DNA of 64,000 nt. Origin: Dehalococcoidia bacterium (lineage in GTDB: Bacteria > Chloroflexota > Dehalococcoidia > DSTF01 > JACRBR01). The stretch covers positions 32,907-96,906 of the forward strand of contig JAKFYB010000007.1 of assembly GCA_021731085.1 (NCBI GenBank), in the 5' to 3' direction. Below, in pieces: positions 27,395 to 36,438 of the stretch. The position numbers and the translations under genes were made by a program. The notes under the pieces are model-generated. The model saw only the letters and a program-made list of their open reading frames with translations. It had not been told where the DNA came from and did not search any database. Numbering within the stretch: the first letter of the stretch is position 1; each line of letters opens with the position of its first letter.

Positions 27395-28660
27395 ATGGCT
27401 ACATCTACGGCGCCGGCTTCAAATGCGTTTGATGATGCGCGGTCGCAGTTGCGGGCGGTCGCGGGGCGGATCGGGCTCGACGCGGGGATGCTGGATGTGT
27501 TGAGTAACTGCATCCGCGAGTTCACGGTGAACTTTCCAGTCCTGATGGACGACGGAAGCGTGCGCGTCTTCACGGGATACCGGATCCATCACAACGAAGT
27601 GCGCGGGCCGGTCAAGGGTGGGCTTCGGTACAGCCTGAATGTTTCGCTCGACGAGGTGCGGGCGCTCTCGATGTGGATGACGTGGAAGTGCGCAGTGGTC
27701 GGCTTGCCCTATGGCGGCGCGAAGGGCGGCGTGGTCGTGGATCCGCGAGCGTTGAGCAAGGGCGAGCTTGAGCGGCTGACGCGACGATTCGCAACGGAGA
27801 TCAGCGTGATCATCGGCCCGGACGAGGACATACCGGCGCCCGACATGGGCACGGACGGCCAGACCATGGCGTGGATCATGGACACGTACTCGATGCTCCG
27901 CGGGCACTCGGTGCCGGCGGTGGTGACGGGCAAGCCTGTGTCGATCGGCGGCAGTGTTGGGCGCGTGGAGGCGACGGGCCGTGGCGTGCTTTTTACGGCG
28001 ATGAAGGCGTGCGCGGATCGCGGGATGTCACTCAAAGGCGCGCGGGTCGCCGTGCAGGGGTTCGGAAACGTGGGCTCCGTAGCGGCGAAACTCCTCGACG
28101 ACGCTGGCGCGATCATCGTGGCGTTGAGCGATACGAACGGGGCTATCTATAAGGAAGACGGGCTCGGCGATATCGATGCGATCCTGGCGGCGCAGCGGCA
28201 GCACGGCTTCATACCGGAGGGGCATCCGGGCGTGCATATCACGAATCAGGAACTGCTGGCGCTGGATGTGGACATCCTGATCCCGGCGGCATTGGAGGGC
28301 CAGATCCACCGCGGGAATGCGGGTGCGGTGCGGGCGAAGATGATCATCGAGGCGGCGAACGGACCGACGACGCCGGAGGCCGACGCCGTGCTCAACGCTG
28401 CGGGCGTATTCGTTGTGCCGGACATTCTTGCGAACGCGGGCGGTGTGGTGGTGTCGTACTTCGAGTGGGTGCAGGACCTGCAGTCGTTCTTCTGGGAGGA
28501 GCATGAGGTCGAGACACGACTGCAGCGCATCATGGACCGTGCATACGACGAAGTGAAAGCGATCCGCGAGCGAGAGCAGTGCACGATGCGCGAGGCGGCC
28601 TACATCCTGGGTGTGTCGCGGGTTGTGGAGGCGATCAAGGTGCGGGGGATTTTTCCGTAG
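27395..28660 (+). CDS. Glu/Leu/Phe/Val dehydrogenase (glutamate dehydrogenase-like)
   Basis: Trimmed to the ATG at 27395, preceded by GGAGGA. Motifs are GPVKGGLRY, WMTWKCAVVGLPYGGAKGG and VAVQGFGNVG. Confidence 0.9.
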   Translation: MATSTAPASNAFDDARSQLRAVAGRIGLDAGMLDVLSNCIREFTVNFPVLMDDGSVRVFTGYRIHHNEVRGPVKGGLRYSLNVSLDEVRALSMWMTWKCAVVGLPYGGAKGGVVVDPRALSKGELERLTRRFATEISVIIGPDEDIPAPDMGTDGQTMAWIMDTYSMLRGHSVPAVVTGKPVSIGGSVGRVEATGRGVLFTAMKACADRGMSLKGARVAVQGFGNVGSVAAKLLDDAGAIIVALSDTNGAIYKEDGLGDIDAILAAQRQHGFIPEGHPGVHITNQELLALDVDILIPAALEGQIHRGNAGAVRAKMIIEAANGPTTPEADAVLNAAGVFVVPDILANAGGVVVSYFEWVQDLQSFFWEEHEVETRLQRIMDRAYDEVKAIREREQCTMREAAYILGVSRVVEAIKVRGIFP

Positions 28661-28709
28661 CGTTTGTCGCAGGTGGCCCACTACCTCAGGCTAACTCCCG
28701 GTTCAGCCC

Positions 28710-29864
28710 TTAGCGCGCAAACGGCATGCCGTCTGCGAAGGCGTGTTCGAAGAAGCGGGTGCCGATGCGGTGGTAGCCGGTGTTGTTGGGGTGGAGGCCG
28801 TCGGGCAGATCGCCCGTGTCGGCTTCGCCGAAGAGCTTCAGTCCGTCGAGGTAGTGCAGGTTGTCGTCGCCGAGTGTGCGTCGGCGTTCCACCGTGTCCG
28901 CGATGATCTCGCGGATGCGGCGGAGGGTGAGGCAGCCGACTGAGAGCGCGGGCGGGCGATCGACGACGCCGAAGACACCGGACGCATCGGGAACGGTCGG
29001 GCCGGGGCGGTCTTCGGCGGCGGGGCAGATGATGGGCGAGACGACGAGGTACGGCGTTGTGGGATGACCGTCGCGGACGGTGTCGATGAAGCCATTGAGC
29101 GCGGAGATGAACGTGCGCTCTTTCAGCGACTCGGCGTTTACGACATTGATGCCGACTTTCATGCTGATGACGTCGACGTCGAGATCGCGGATGGTGCGCG
29201 CGACGAACTGATCGAGATGGCACTGGCCACCGAGGCCGATGCTCTGGAGATCCGCGTTGGCGAGGCGTGCAGCGACGGCGGGCCAAGTGTTGGTCGGGCC
29301 GTCGGCCTCCATGCAGTGGCTGATCGAGCTGCCGTAATGGACCCAGCGTCGGGCGGCCTGTTGCTGCGCAGCGGTGGTCGCTTCGGTGCGAGCGCCATCG
29401 CTCACGGATAGCTGGCGGAGGGCGACAGTGGCGGTCTGGGGCAGCCAGATTTCGACGCGCTTCATTCCGGCAGCGAGGCCGCTGAAGCGCACGGCCGAGG
29501 GCTCGCCGCGTTCGAGTGTGCCGGTCGTCATCGGGCGCTGGATGACAATACGGTTGCCGGAGGCCAGTGGGCGGCGTTCGACCAGTGCGCCATCGACGAT
29601 GAGATCAATGACGGCGGGGCGTTCGGGCATGCCAACGTAGGCGAGCGTCGTCGGGAGGAGTTCGAGTTCGATCGCGGTTGCCTCGGTCGTGAGTTGGAGG
29701 CGGACGCCGGATGTCATTGCGACCATGAGGTCGACCATGGCGTCGGGGAGTTGGTCGCGCGTCCAGGCGGGGAGACGGCGCGGGGCGAGGCCGATCGAGC
29801 GGTGGTCGAAGTCGAGGGCGCCGGCGATGCGGACGGGGCCGTGTTCGAGTGGGATTGATTGCAT
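28710..29864 (-). CDS. SGNH/GDSL hydrolase family protein
   Basis: Trimmed to MQSIPLEHG. Block I is HYGSSISHC and block V is DGLHPN. An N-terminal beta-sandwich-like domain is present. Confidence 0.75.
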   Translation of the reverse strand: MQSIPLEHGPVRIAGALDFDHRSIGLAPRRLPAWTRDQLPDAMVDLMVAMTSGVRLQLTTEATAIELELLPTTLAYVGMPERPAVIDLIVDGALVERRPLASGNRIVIQRPMTTGTLERGEPSAVRFSGLAAGMKRVEIWLPQTATVALRQLSVSDGARTEATTAAQQQAARRWVHYGSSISHCMEADGPTNTWPAVAARLANADLQSIGLGGQCHLDQFVARTIRDLDVDVISMKVGINVVNAESLKERTFISALNGFIDTVRDGHPTTPYLVVSPIICPAAEDRPGPTVPDASGVFGVVDRPPALSVGCLTLRRIREIIADTVERRRTLGDDNLHYLDGLKLFGEADTGDLPDGLHPNNTGYHRIGTRFFEHAFADGMPFAR

Positions 29865-30023
29865 GGTGCGCCTCCGTGTTGGCGAAGTGTCGCAGGCGTG
29901 GGGGAAGGGGCAAGCGAGGGTTTTGGGCGCTGTCGCACGCGGGATGGTTGGCCGGCGAGAGCGCGGGCTGAAATGAACGCCATCGTCCATCGGCGGCACT
30001 TCACACCTGCACGCGCTCCGGGA

Positions 30024-30893
30024 CTATGGCTGTTCGATGACCCAGGCTATGGCGTCGAGGACGGCCTGGGGGTTCTGTTGGTGGATCATGTGGCCGGCGT
30101 CGTCGATAAGGGTGTGCTTGCCGCGGGGGACGCTGGCCGCGAGGTCGGCGTGGGATTGCAGCCAGAGTTCTCGGTCGTCGAGCGGCGACTTGAAGTTGGC
30201 TATCTGTTCAGGTGAGTTGGCGGTGAGGACGGCTATGGGGATGTCGGGCAGGGGTTCGGCGTCGAGCAGCCAGCGTGCGTCGTCGTTCCAGGGCTCGTAC
30301 TCGAGACGGTAGCCCTCGGGGAGTTTCGCGATTAGGGCCGCCTTTTCGGGATCATCGAGCACGGACGGCACGGCGAGTTGATACGCCGGCAAGCGCGGGT
30401 CGACCATGACGATGCCGGCGACGTTCTGCGGGTACTGGTGGGTGTACTTCAATGAATAGAGCGCACCCGCAGACAACGGTACGAGGACGTACGGGGGACG
30501 CTCGCCAGCGGCCGCCAACAGCCGGTCGAGCTCGTCGGCGATGGTTGTGGCGTCGCGTGGCGCCGGGCCGGGCTCGCTCTTGCCGGTGCCGGCGCGGTCG
30601 TACGAGCACGCGCGCCACTGTTGTGTGGCCTGTTGGCGGAAGCCTTCAAACACATCGACGAAAGGCATCGCGCCGTTTTCGAAGATGATGGTCGGCGAAC
30701 CATGGCCGTCGCTCTGCCCATCGCAGCGGAGGGCGAGGCTGTATCCGCCGACGTCGATCATGCGCTCACCTTCCGGCTGTGGTGCGGGTGTGGGCGCGGG
30801 TGCGTTGGCGCCGTCACTATCGGCACAGGCGGCGAAGAGCGGGAGGACGACGCTGGTGATCATGGTGGCGAACATCTGCTGGCGGGCGTTCAT
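30024..30893 (-). CDS. alpha/beta hydrolase, predicted lipoprotein
   Basis: Lipobox VVLPLFAAC. It has ...PLSAGALY... (a nucleophile-elbow variant) and a C-terminal DDAGHMIH. Confidence 0.7.
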   Translation of the reverse strand: MNARQQMFATMITSVVLPLFAACADSDGANAPAPTPAPQPEGERMIDVGGYSLALRCDGQSDGHGSPTIIFENGAMPFVDVFEGFRQQATQQWRACSYDRAGTGKSEPGPAPRDATTIADELDRLLAAAGERPPYVLVPLSAGALYSLKYTHQYPQNVAGIVMVDPRLPAYQLAVPSVLDDPEKAALIAKLPEGYRLEYEPWNDDARWLLDAEPLPDIPIAVLTANSPEQIANFKSPLDDRELWLQSHADLAASVPRGKHTLIDDAGHMIHQQNPQAVLDAIAWVIEQP

Positions 30894-30984
30894 GTGGGTG
30901 GAGGATCACGGGCGGACACCCGACGCGCAAGCGAAAGGCCCGCCAAATCGGCGGGCCCTTCATGTTTATTGAGTCAGCGTGAGG

Positions 30985-31485
30985 TCAGCAGTTCGCCGCG
31001 CCCTCGAAAAGCATGGTGTAGTAGATCTTGCCATCGGGTGAGACAGCAACGCCGGTTCCCATGCGAGTGTAGTGGCAGTTCAGGATGTTCTTGAGGTGCG
31101 GGGGGCTGCCCTCCCACATGATGACGGCGCGCTTGGCAGTATTGTCCCAGTCCCAGTTGTTCCAGGCGATGTTCTCGCCGCCCCATGCGTGGGTGTAGCC
31201 GCGGCCATCCATTAGGCAGACGAAGTTGCAGCCGTCCGGCGGGTCGTGGCTAAAGTAGTCCTTCTGGGCCATGTCGCGCGAGCGGATGCGGGCGACTTCG
31301 ACGAGCTGGGCATCCGGCTGAAGCGGCGGCAGGCCATTCTTCGCGCGGATGGCGTTGATGCCCTGGTACGTATAGAGCTCAGCCTTCACTTCCTGGCTAC
31401 AGCCTGTGAGGAAGGCCATGGCGGCCAGCCCAAAGGCGAGCAATGAAAGAACTGCGAGTTTTGTGCCGCGGCGACTCTGGGGCAT
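30985..31485 (-). CDS. CAP/SCP (PR-1-like, YkwD-type) domain lipoprotein
   Basis: Trimmed to MPQSRRGTKLAVLSLLAFGLAAMAFLTGC (lipobox). Motifs INAIRAKNGLPPL, YFSHD and GENIAWN. Confidence 0.8.
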   Translation of the reverse strand: MPQSRRGTKLAVLSLLAFGLAAMAFLTGCSQEVKAELYTYQGINAIRAKNGLPPLQPDAQLVEVARIRSRDMAQKDYFSHDPPDGCNFVCLMDGRGYTHAWGGENIAWNNWDWDNTAKRAVIMWEGSPPHLKNILNCHYTRMGTGVAVSPDGKIYYTMLFEGAANC

Positions 31486-31989
31486 AACCGGCTCCTCTCC
31501 TGAGAAGAGGATCGGCATGGTCGGGGATTTCCTGATGCCCTGTAGGGTAAAACCCTTAAGGAAATGTGAAACCGCAGCTTCGAGGAACGTCATGCCGTGC
31601 CTTTTGCTGTCCCTGCCGGCCGCGCGGCTAACGCGCGTGCGGCGATGCGTGTTGTGAGACCCGCATCATTCATGCCGCTATGGATACCGACGTGTTCGTT
31701 TCGTTCGTTGAGCCGGAACCACCATGCACCGGCGACGGTCACGGTATACCAGCTATGGCCAGGCCGAAACCTTGCATTCCGCAACATCGGCGCGGGATCT
31801 GGGGCGCTATGTTAAGTCCCCTATATGAGCGCAATAGAAAGGCCCAATACATCGAACGAAAAGCCGCATGATGAACTTGACATGATTCTTTCGAATGGAG
31901 GGTTCTGCCGCCGCGAGCGGCGCGGGAACATGAGCCTTCCGCGCGTCGTCGAGAGCACTGAGGGCATGGCACGTGGTCCGAATGACCGC

Positions 31990-32019
31990 TTGACAGCGTT
32001 CTTGAGACGCCCCTAAGAT
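31990..32019 (+). promoter_or_regulatory. sigma70-type promoter (TTGACA-N18-TAAGAT)
   Basis: Perfect -35 hexamer at 31990-31995. The -10 TAAGAT is at 32014-32019. This places the TSS about 20 nt before the riboswitch P1. Confidence 0.55.
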
Positions 32020-32045
32020 CGAACCAGTACAAACGAATATGTAAG

Positions 32046-32157
32046 AGCCGAGTCTCCGTTCGCGGAGAGCGGGGGACCCACCAGGATCCCGGGCTGAACT
32101 CGTCGAAGCGCGAGAGGGGCACCTTCTCCCCTAAGCCGCCAGCTAACCTCGCAGGCT
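32046..32157 (+). promoter_or_regulatory. c-di-AMP riboswitch (ydaO/yuaA class)
   Basis: Conserved blocks are AGCGGGGGACCCA (32068-32080), GGGCUGAAC (32091-32099) and CCGCCAGCUAACCUCGCAGGC (32136-32156). There is a hairpin CUCCG-UUCG-CGGAG (32054-32067) and a closing helix AGCC(32046-49)/GGCU(32154-57). These match the B. subtilis ydaO leader as I recall it. Confidence 0.85.
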
Positions 32158-32158
32158 A

Positions 32159-34042
32159 ATGAAGGTCGGACCCATCCAACACATGGACGACCTTACCCCT
32201 ATCGATCATTCGCACGGAGGCGCTGGCACCCCAGCACAGCCTCATTCGAGAACACGCGCTCGCGCCCGCACCGCGACGAGCGGCTTCCGCGCGGCGTGGA
32301 CCCCAGTTGAAGCGCCAGAGTTCGGCGACGTGCCGGAGACGACGCGCAATGGTGGCTCGTCGGGAGCGCCCGCGTGGCTGGCTCGCGCGGAAGAGGCTGC
32401 GGCACTTGGCCTCACACCACCACAAGCAGCGCTGACGCTCGACCTGCCGCACCTCGCGCAGCCTGTCGTTGATTCGACGACCGCCGTCCGCCAGCGCATG
32501 CACGTGGTCACGTTCGGCGACCGCGTGTTGCAGCGTGTGCTGGAGGCCCTTCCATTTCTTTGTGCGCTGACGTTGATCACGTCACTGGTGTGGGGTGCGA
32601 TCTGGTTTCCGATCGGCCTCGTGATCATGCTGTTGGGGTTCGACGTGTACTGGGCGTGGCGCTCGCTGAACAACGGCGTGCACTCATATCGCGGCTACAA
32701 GGCGATCCAGGCGACTTCCCTGATCGACTGGAAGCGGAAGTACGAAGCGGAAACAACACTCTTGCCGCCCGGCACCGAGCGCGATCTGATCGCTTGGGAT
32801 GACGTGCGCCATCTCGTCATCATCCCGACGTACAAGGAATCGCTGGAAAAACTGCGAGCAACCGTGGGCAAGCTCGCCGAGAGCGAAGTTGCGCACGAGA
32901 AACTGCTCGTCGTGCTGGCGATGGAGGGCGCAGACGCCGAGGCACCGGAGCGGTTCGCGCGGTTGCAACTTGAGTTCGGGCGGAGCTTTCTCGCCTTTGT
33001 GGGCACGACGCATCCGTCGGACATCGTCGGTGAGGTACGTGGGAAGTCATCGAACGAGGCGTGGGCCGCGAAGCAGGCAAAGGTCCTGTTCTGCGACGAG
33101 ATGGGCTTCAGCCTGAATCACCTGACGATCACAAGCTGCGACGCTGACACGCTCTTCCACCCCCGCTACTTCAGCGCGCTGACGTACTACTTCGCGACGA
33201 ACCCGAAGCGCTATCGCACGTTCTGGCAGGGCCCCATCTTCTACTACAACAACGTCTGGGACGTGCCCGCGCCGCTGCGCCTTCAGAACAGCCTCGGTGG
33301 CATCAACCACCTCGCCAAGCTGATGCGAAAGTACGTTGTGCTGTTTCCGCAGTCCACGTACAGCCTCAGCATGCGCATGTGCTACGAGGTCGGGTACTGG
33401 GACGTCGACGTCGTGCCGGAAGACTGGCACATGTTCCTCAAGTGCTTCTTCGAGCTGAAAGGCGAGCCCACCGTACAGCCGATCCTGCTGCCGGTAGGCA
33501 ATGACGGCGTGCGCGCCCACAGTTACAACAAGACGTACTGGGAGCACTACCAGCAGGCGCGCCGTCACGCCTGGGGATGCAGCGACATTCCATACGCACT
33601 GCGCCAGTTTCACCGCCATCCGGAGATCCCGTTTCTGACGCGGCTGCGGCGGACGTGGAGCCTGTCGGAGAACCACGTTCTCTGGTCGGCGCAGTGGTTC
33701 TTGATCACAGGCGTCGCGGCGAACATTTCGGCGGCGTCGTGGGGCGGGTTCCTGGGGTTGCACCCGTTCGCGCAGGCGAACACGCCGGACTGGTTCATCC
33801 AGACTTCGCGCTGGATCCTCATGCCGTGCATGATTCCGCTGGTTCTGATGATCATCCTCGATATGCGGATGCGGCCGCCGCGTCCGAAGCGCTGGCCAAT
33901 CCTGCTGTACCCGGTGCAGTTCGCAATGTGGTTCTTGATGGCGCCGATCACGCTGTTCTTCACCGCGATGCCGGCGCTCGATGCGCAGATCCGGCTCTTC
34001 CTCGGTCGGCGGCTCGAGTACAAGGTGACCGAGAAGGCCTGA
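32159..34042 (+). CDS. membrane-embedded family-2 glycosyltransferase (processive polysaccharide synthase-like)
   Basis: There are 2 TM segments before and about 4 after a cytoplasmic GT-A domain. Motifs are VIIPTYKES, TSCDADT, PEDWHMF and QQARRHAWG (QxxRW-like). The low-complexity N-terminus of about 113 aa makes the start uncertain (alternative Mets at 32183 and 32498). Confidence 0.75.
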   Translation: MKVGPIQHMDDLTPIDHSHGGAGTPAQPHSRTRARARTATSGFRAAWTPVEAPEFGDVPETTRNGGSSGAPAWLARAEEAAALGLTPPQAALTLDLPHLAQPVVDSTTAVRQRMHVVTFGDRVLQRVLEALPFLCALTLITSLVWGAIWFPIGLVIMLLGFDVYWAWRSLNNGVHSYRGYKAIQATSLIDWKRKYEAETTLLPPGTERDLIAWDDVRHLVIIPTYKESLEKLRATVGKLAESEVAHEKLLVVLAMEGADAEAPERFARLQLEFGRSFLAFVGTTHPSDIVGEVRGKSSNEAWAAKQAKVLFCDEMGFSLNHLTITSCDADTLFHPRYFSALTYYFATNPKRYRTFWQGPIFYYNNVWDVPAPLRLQNSLGGINHLAKLMRKYVVLFPQSTYSLSMRMCYEVGYWDVDVVPEDWHMFLKCFFELKGEPTVQPILLPVGNDGVRAHSYNKTYWEHYQQARRHAWGCSDIPYALRQFHRHPEIPFLTRLRRTWSLSENHVLWSAQWFLITGVAANISAASWGGFLGLHPFAQANTPDWFIQTSRWILMPCMIPLVLMIILDMRMRPPRPKRWPILLYPVQFAMWFLMAPITLFFTAMPALDAQIRLFLGRRLEYKVTEKA

Positions 34043-34189
34043 TCTAGTTCGTGGCTCGTAGTTTTTGGTGATGGTTCACCAGTCGTGTTCGCTGGCTCGT
34101 GCCAAGGAATAGCGCTTGACGATGTGCGCCCATTTCTTGGCGCATCGCCGAATCATTGCTCGTCTCACCCTTTCGCCATGATCGCGCGT

Positions 34190-34206
34190 TGATCACAATG
34201 ATCACA
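34190..34206 (+). promoter_or_regulatory. tandem direct repeat TGATCACA-A-TGATCACA abutting the start codon
   Basis: The repeats lie at 34190-34197 and 34199-34206. The last base is the A of the ATG at 34206. Confidence 0.25.
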
Positions 34207-35069
34207 TGACACGATCAGCACACGCACCACTTCGTATCGATCTTGCCGGTGGCTGGACGGACGTCCCTGCATTCGCCGACGAAGATGGCGGCGCGGTCGT
34301 CAACGTGACGATCAACAAGTACGTGCGCGCGACGCTCGGTGAAGATGATGCGCTGACGTACGAACGCGATGTGCCGGCCGCCGGACTCGGCGCGTCGGCG
34401 TGCGAGCATGTGCTGGCGGAGGCGTTGCGCGATCCGGACGCCGATCTCGATGACATCGCCGAGCGCGCGTTCGCGGCGGAGACGACAGAGGGCGTCGTCG
34501 GTGGGCGGCAGGATCAGTACGCCGCGTGCTATGGCGGCCTGAACTACATGCAGTTCGTCAAGCCAGTGCGCGGGCGTGGGCCGGTGCAAATCGAACGTCT
34601 CGAGATGCCGGAATCGCATCTTGCGGGCCTCGAGAAGCGACTCGTGCTGGTCGATAGCGGTGTGCAGCGGCTGTCGGGCGACATCCATAAAGCCGTCTGG
34701 GGCGCCTACTCCCGGCACGATAACGAAGTGACCGGCGCGCTGCTCTCGCTGAAGACGCTTGCGAAGGCGATGCGCGACGCGATCGCGGGCAGCGACTTCG
34801 GCGGCATCCGCCAGGTGATCGCCGAGAATTGGATCCAACAGAGGCGCTTGCACCCATCGGTCACGAACGCGGACGTCGAGGCGCTGTTTGACGTGGCGAT
34901 GCGCAAGGGGGCGAGCGCCGGGAAAGCCTGCGGCGCGGGCGGCGGCGGCGCCCTCGTGTTCTACGCATCTTCGGATGCGGACGGGGTGGCGCTGCGGCAG
35001 CATCTGCGTGGCGAGGGCCTGGCAGTAGTCAATTTCGGCTTCGTGACGGAAGGTCTTGAGGACCTGTAG
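34206..35069 (+). CDS. GHMP-family sugar kinase-like protein (HddA/fucokinase-type N-terminus)
   Basis: APLRIDLAGGWTDVP...GGAVVNVTINKY, plus the C-terminal GASAGKACGAGGGGALVFY. The protein is short (287 aa) and its motif II is degenerate (PAAGLGASA). Confidence 0.65.
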   Translation: MTRSAHAPLRIDLAGGWTDVPAFADEDGGAVVNVTINKYVRATLGEDDALTYERDVPAAGLGASACEHVLAEALRDPDADLDDIAERAFAAETTEGVVGGRQDQYAACYGGLNYMQFVKPVRGRGPVQIERLEMPESHLAGLEKRLVLVDSGVQRLSGDIHKAVWGAYSRHDNEVTGALLSLKTLAKAMRDAIAGSDFGGIRQVIAENWIQQRRLHPSVTNADVEALFDVAMRKGASAGKACGAGGGGALVFYASSDADGVALRQHLRGEGLAVVNFGFVTEGLEDL

Positions 35070-35139
35070 GCCGACTCAGCCGGTCGGGCTGCCTGCTACC
35101 ATTCGAGCATCGGTTAGACGAGACGAGAGGGCTCCCACG

Positions 35140-36378
35140 ATGGAACGGACACGCGTCGTCATCACGGGCATAGGCGCCATCACGGCGATCGGAAACGACG
35201 CCGAGACGTTCTGGCAGGCGCTCGTCGCCGGTACCAACGGCATCGGCCCGATCACCCTATTCGACGCGTCGAAGCACTCCGTACGCATCGCCGGCGAAGT
35301 TAAGAACTTCGAGCCAACCGACGTAATGGACTACAAGACGGCGCGACGCTCGCACCGTCTTTCGCATTTGGCCGTGAAGGCCGCACGCGAGTCTCTCAAT
35401 TCCGCGAAGATCGAGCTGAACGATGAACTGGCGCGCGAGATAGGCTGCATCATGGGGACTAGCGGCGGCGTGTTCGACATGGGCAACCAGGAGCTTGTGA
35501 TCGAGACGCGAGGGCCGAACAGGGTCGACCCGCTGATTATCCCGAAGCTGGGACCTCACATGGCATCCGGCCGCATCGGCCGGGAGCTCGGCTTGCGTGG
35601 GCCCAACAGCTCGATCGGCAGCGCCTGCGCCAGCGGTACTGACGCGCTGGGCCACGCCTGGGCGATGCTGCGCAACGGCGACGCCGAGATCATGCTTGCC
35701 GGCGGCACCGACGCAATGATCCATCCGGTCACCGTTGGCACGATGGCCTTGATGGGCGCGCTGGGCAAGGACTACAACGACACGCCGGAGAAGGCATCGC
35801 GCCCGTTCGACCTGCACCGTGACGGCTTCGTGCTCGGCGAGGGTGCGGCCGTGCTCGTGCTCGAGACGCTGGAGCACGCACAATCACGCGGCGCGACGAT
35901 CATGGCTGAGTACATCGGCCACGGTTGGTCATTCGATGCTCTCGATGACGCCGCGCCGGACGCTGAGGGTCAGTCTCTCTCGATGGCACGCGCGCTGAAG
36001 TCCGCGCAGATCGCGCCGGACGAAGTCTCGTGGATCAACGCGCACGGCACGGGCACGCCGTACAACGACCGCACGGAGACGAAGGCGATCAAGATGGCGT
36101 TCGGCGAGGCCGCGGCGTACAAGATTCCGGCGAGCAGCATCAAGTCGATGATCGGCCACAGCACAGCCGCGGCGGGCGCGATCGAGGCCGTCGCGTCCGT
36201 GTTGGCGATCCGCGACAACAAGATCCCGCCAACGATTAACCTCGATACACCTGACCCGCAGTGTGACCTGGACTACGTGCCGCACGTCGCGCGCGACGCA
36301 AAGGTCGATACGGTGCTGAGCAACAGCTACGGCATGGGTGGGCAGAACAGCACGCTGGTGTTTCGACGATTCAGCTAG
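35140..36378 (+). CDS. fabF: beta-ketoacyl-ACP synthase II
   Basis: Trimmed to MERTRVVITGIGAITAIG. The active-site Cys is in SIGSACASGTDA, with His motifs NAHGTGTPYND and KSMIGHSTAAAG. Confidence 0.88.
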   Translation: MERTRVVITGIGAITAIGNDAETFWQALVAGTNGIGPITLFDASKHSVRIAGEVKNFEPTDVMDYKTARRSHRLSHLAVKAARESLNSAKIELNDELAREIGCIMGTSGGVFDMGNQELVIETRGPNRVDPLIIPKLGPHMASGRIGRELGLRGPNSSIGSACASGTDALGHAWAMLRNGDAEIMLAGGTDAMIHPVTVGTMALMGALGKDYNDTPEKASRPFDLHRDGFVLGEGAAVLVLETLEHAQSRGATIMAEYIGHGWSFDALDDAAPDAEGQSLSMARALKSAQIAPDEVSWINAHGTGTPYNDRTETKAIKMAFGEAAAYKIPASSIKSMIGHSTAAAGAIEAVASVLAIRDNKIPPTINLDTPDPQCDLDYVPHVARDAKVDTVLSNSYGMGGQNSTLVFRRFS

Positions 36379-36438
36379 TCAACCCGTCAGCTTGTCAGTC
36401 CGAACCTCCAGGCTCCAACCTCCTTCTTCTATCGTCGA

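Noticed and set aside
29961-29973. GCGCGGGCTGAAA, matching one arm plus the loop of the REP-like hairpin.
   Set aside because: Only a half-site is present, with no complementary arm. It is likely a chance match or a decayed copy, so it is not counted.
31877-31882. A TTGACA hexamer as a second promoter upstream of the riboswitch.
   Set aside because: No acceptable -10 hexamer lies at 16 to 19 nt spacing. The TTGACA-N18-TAAGAT promoter at 31990 is much better placed.
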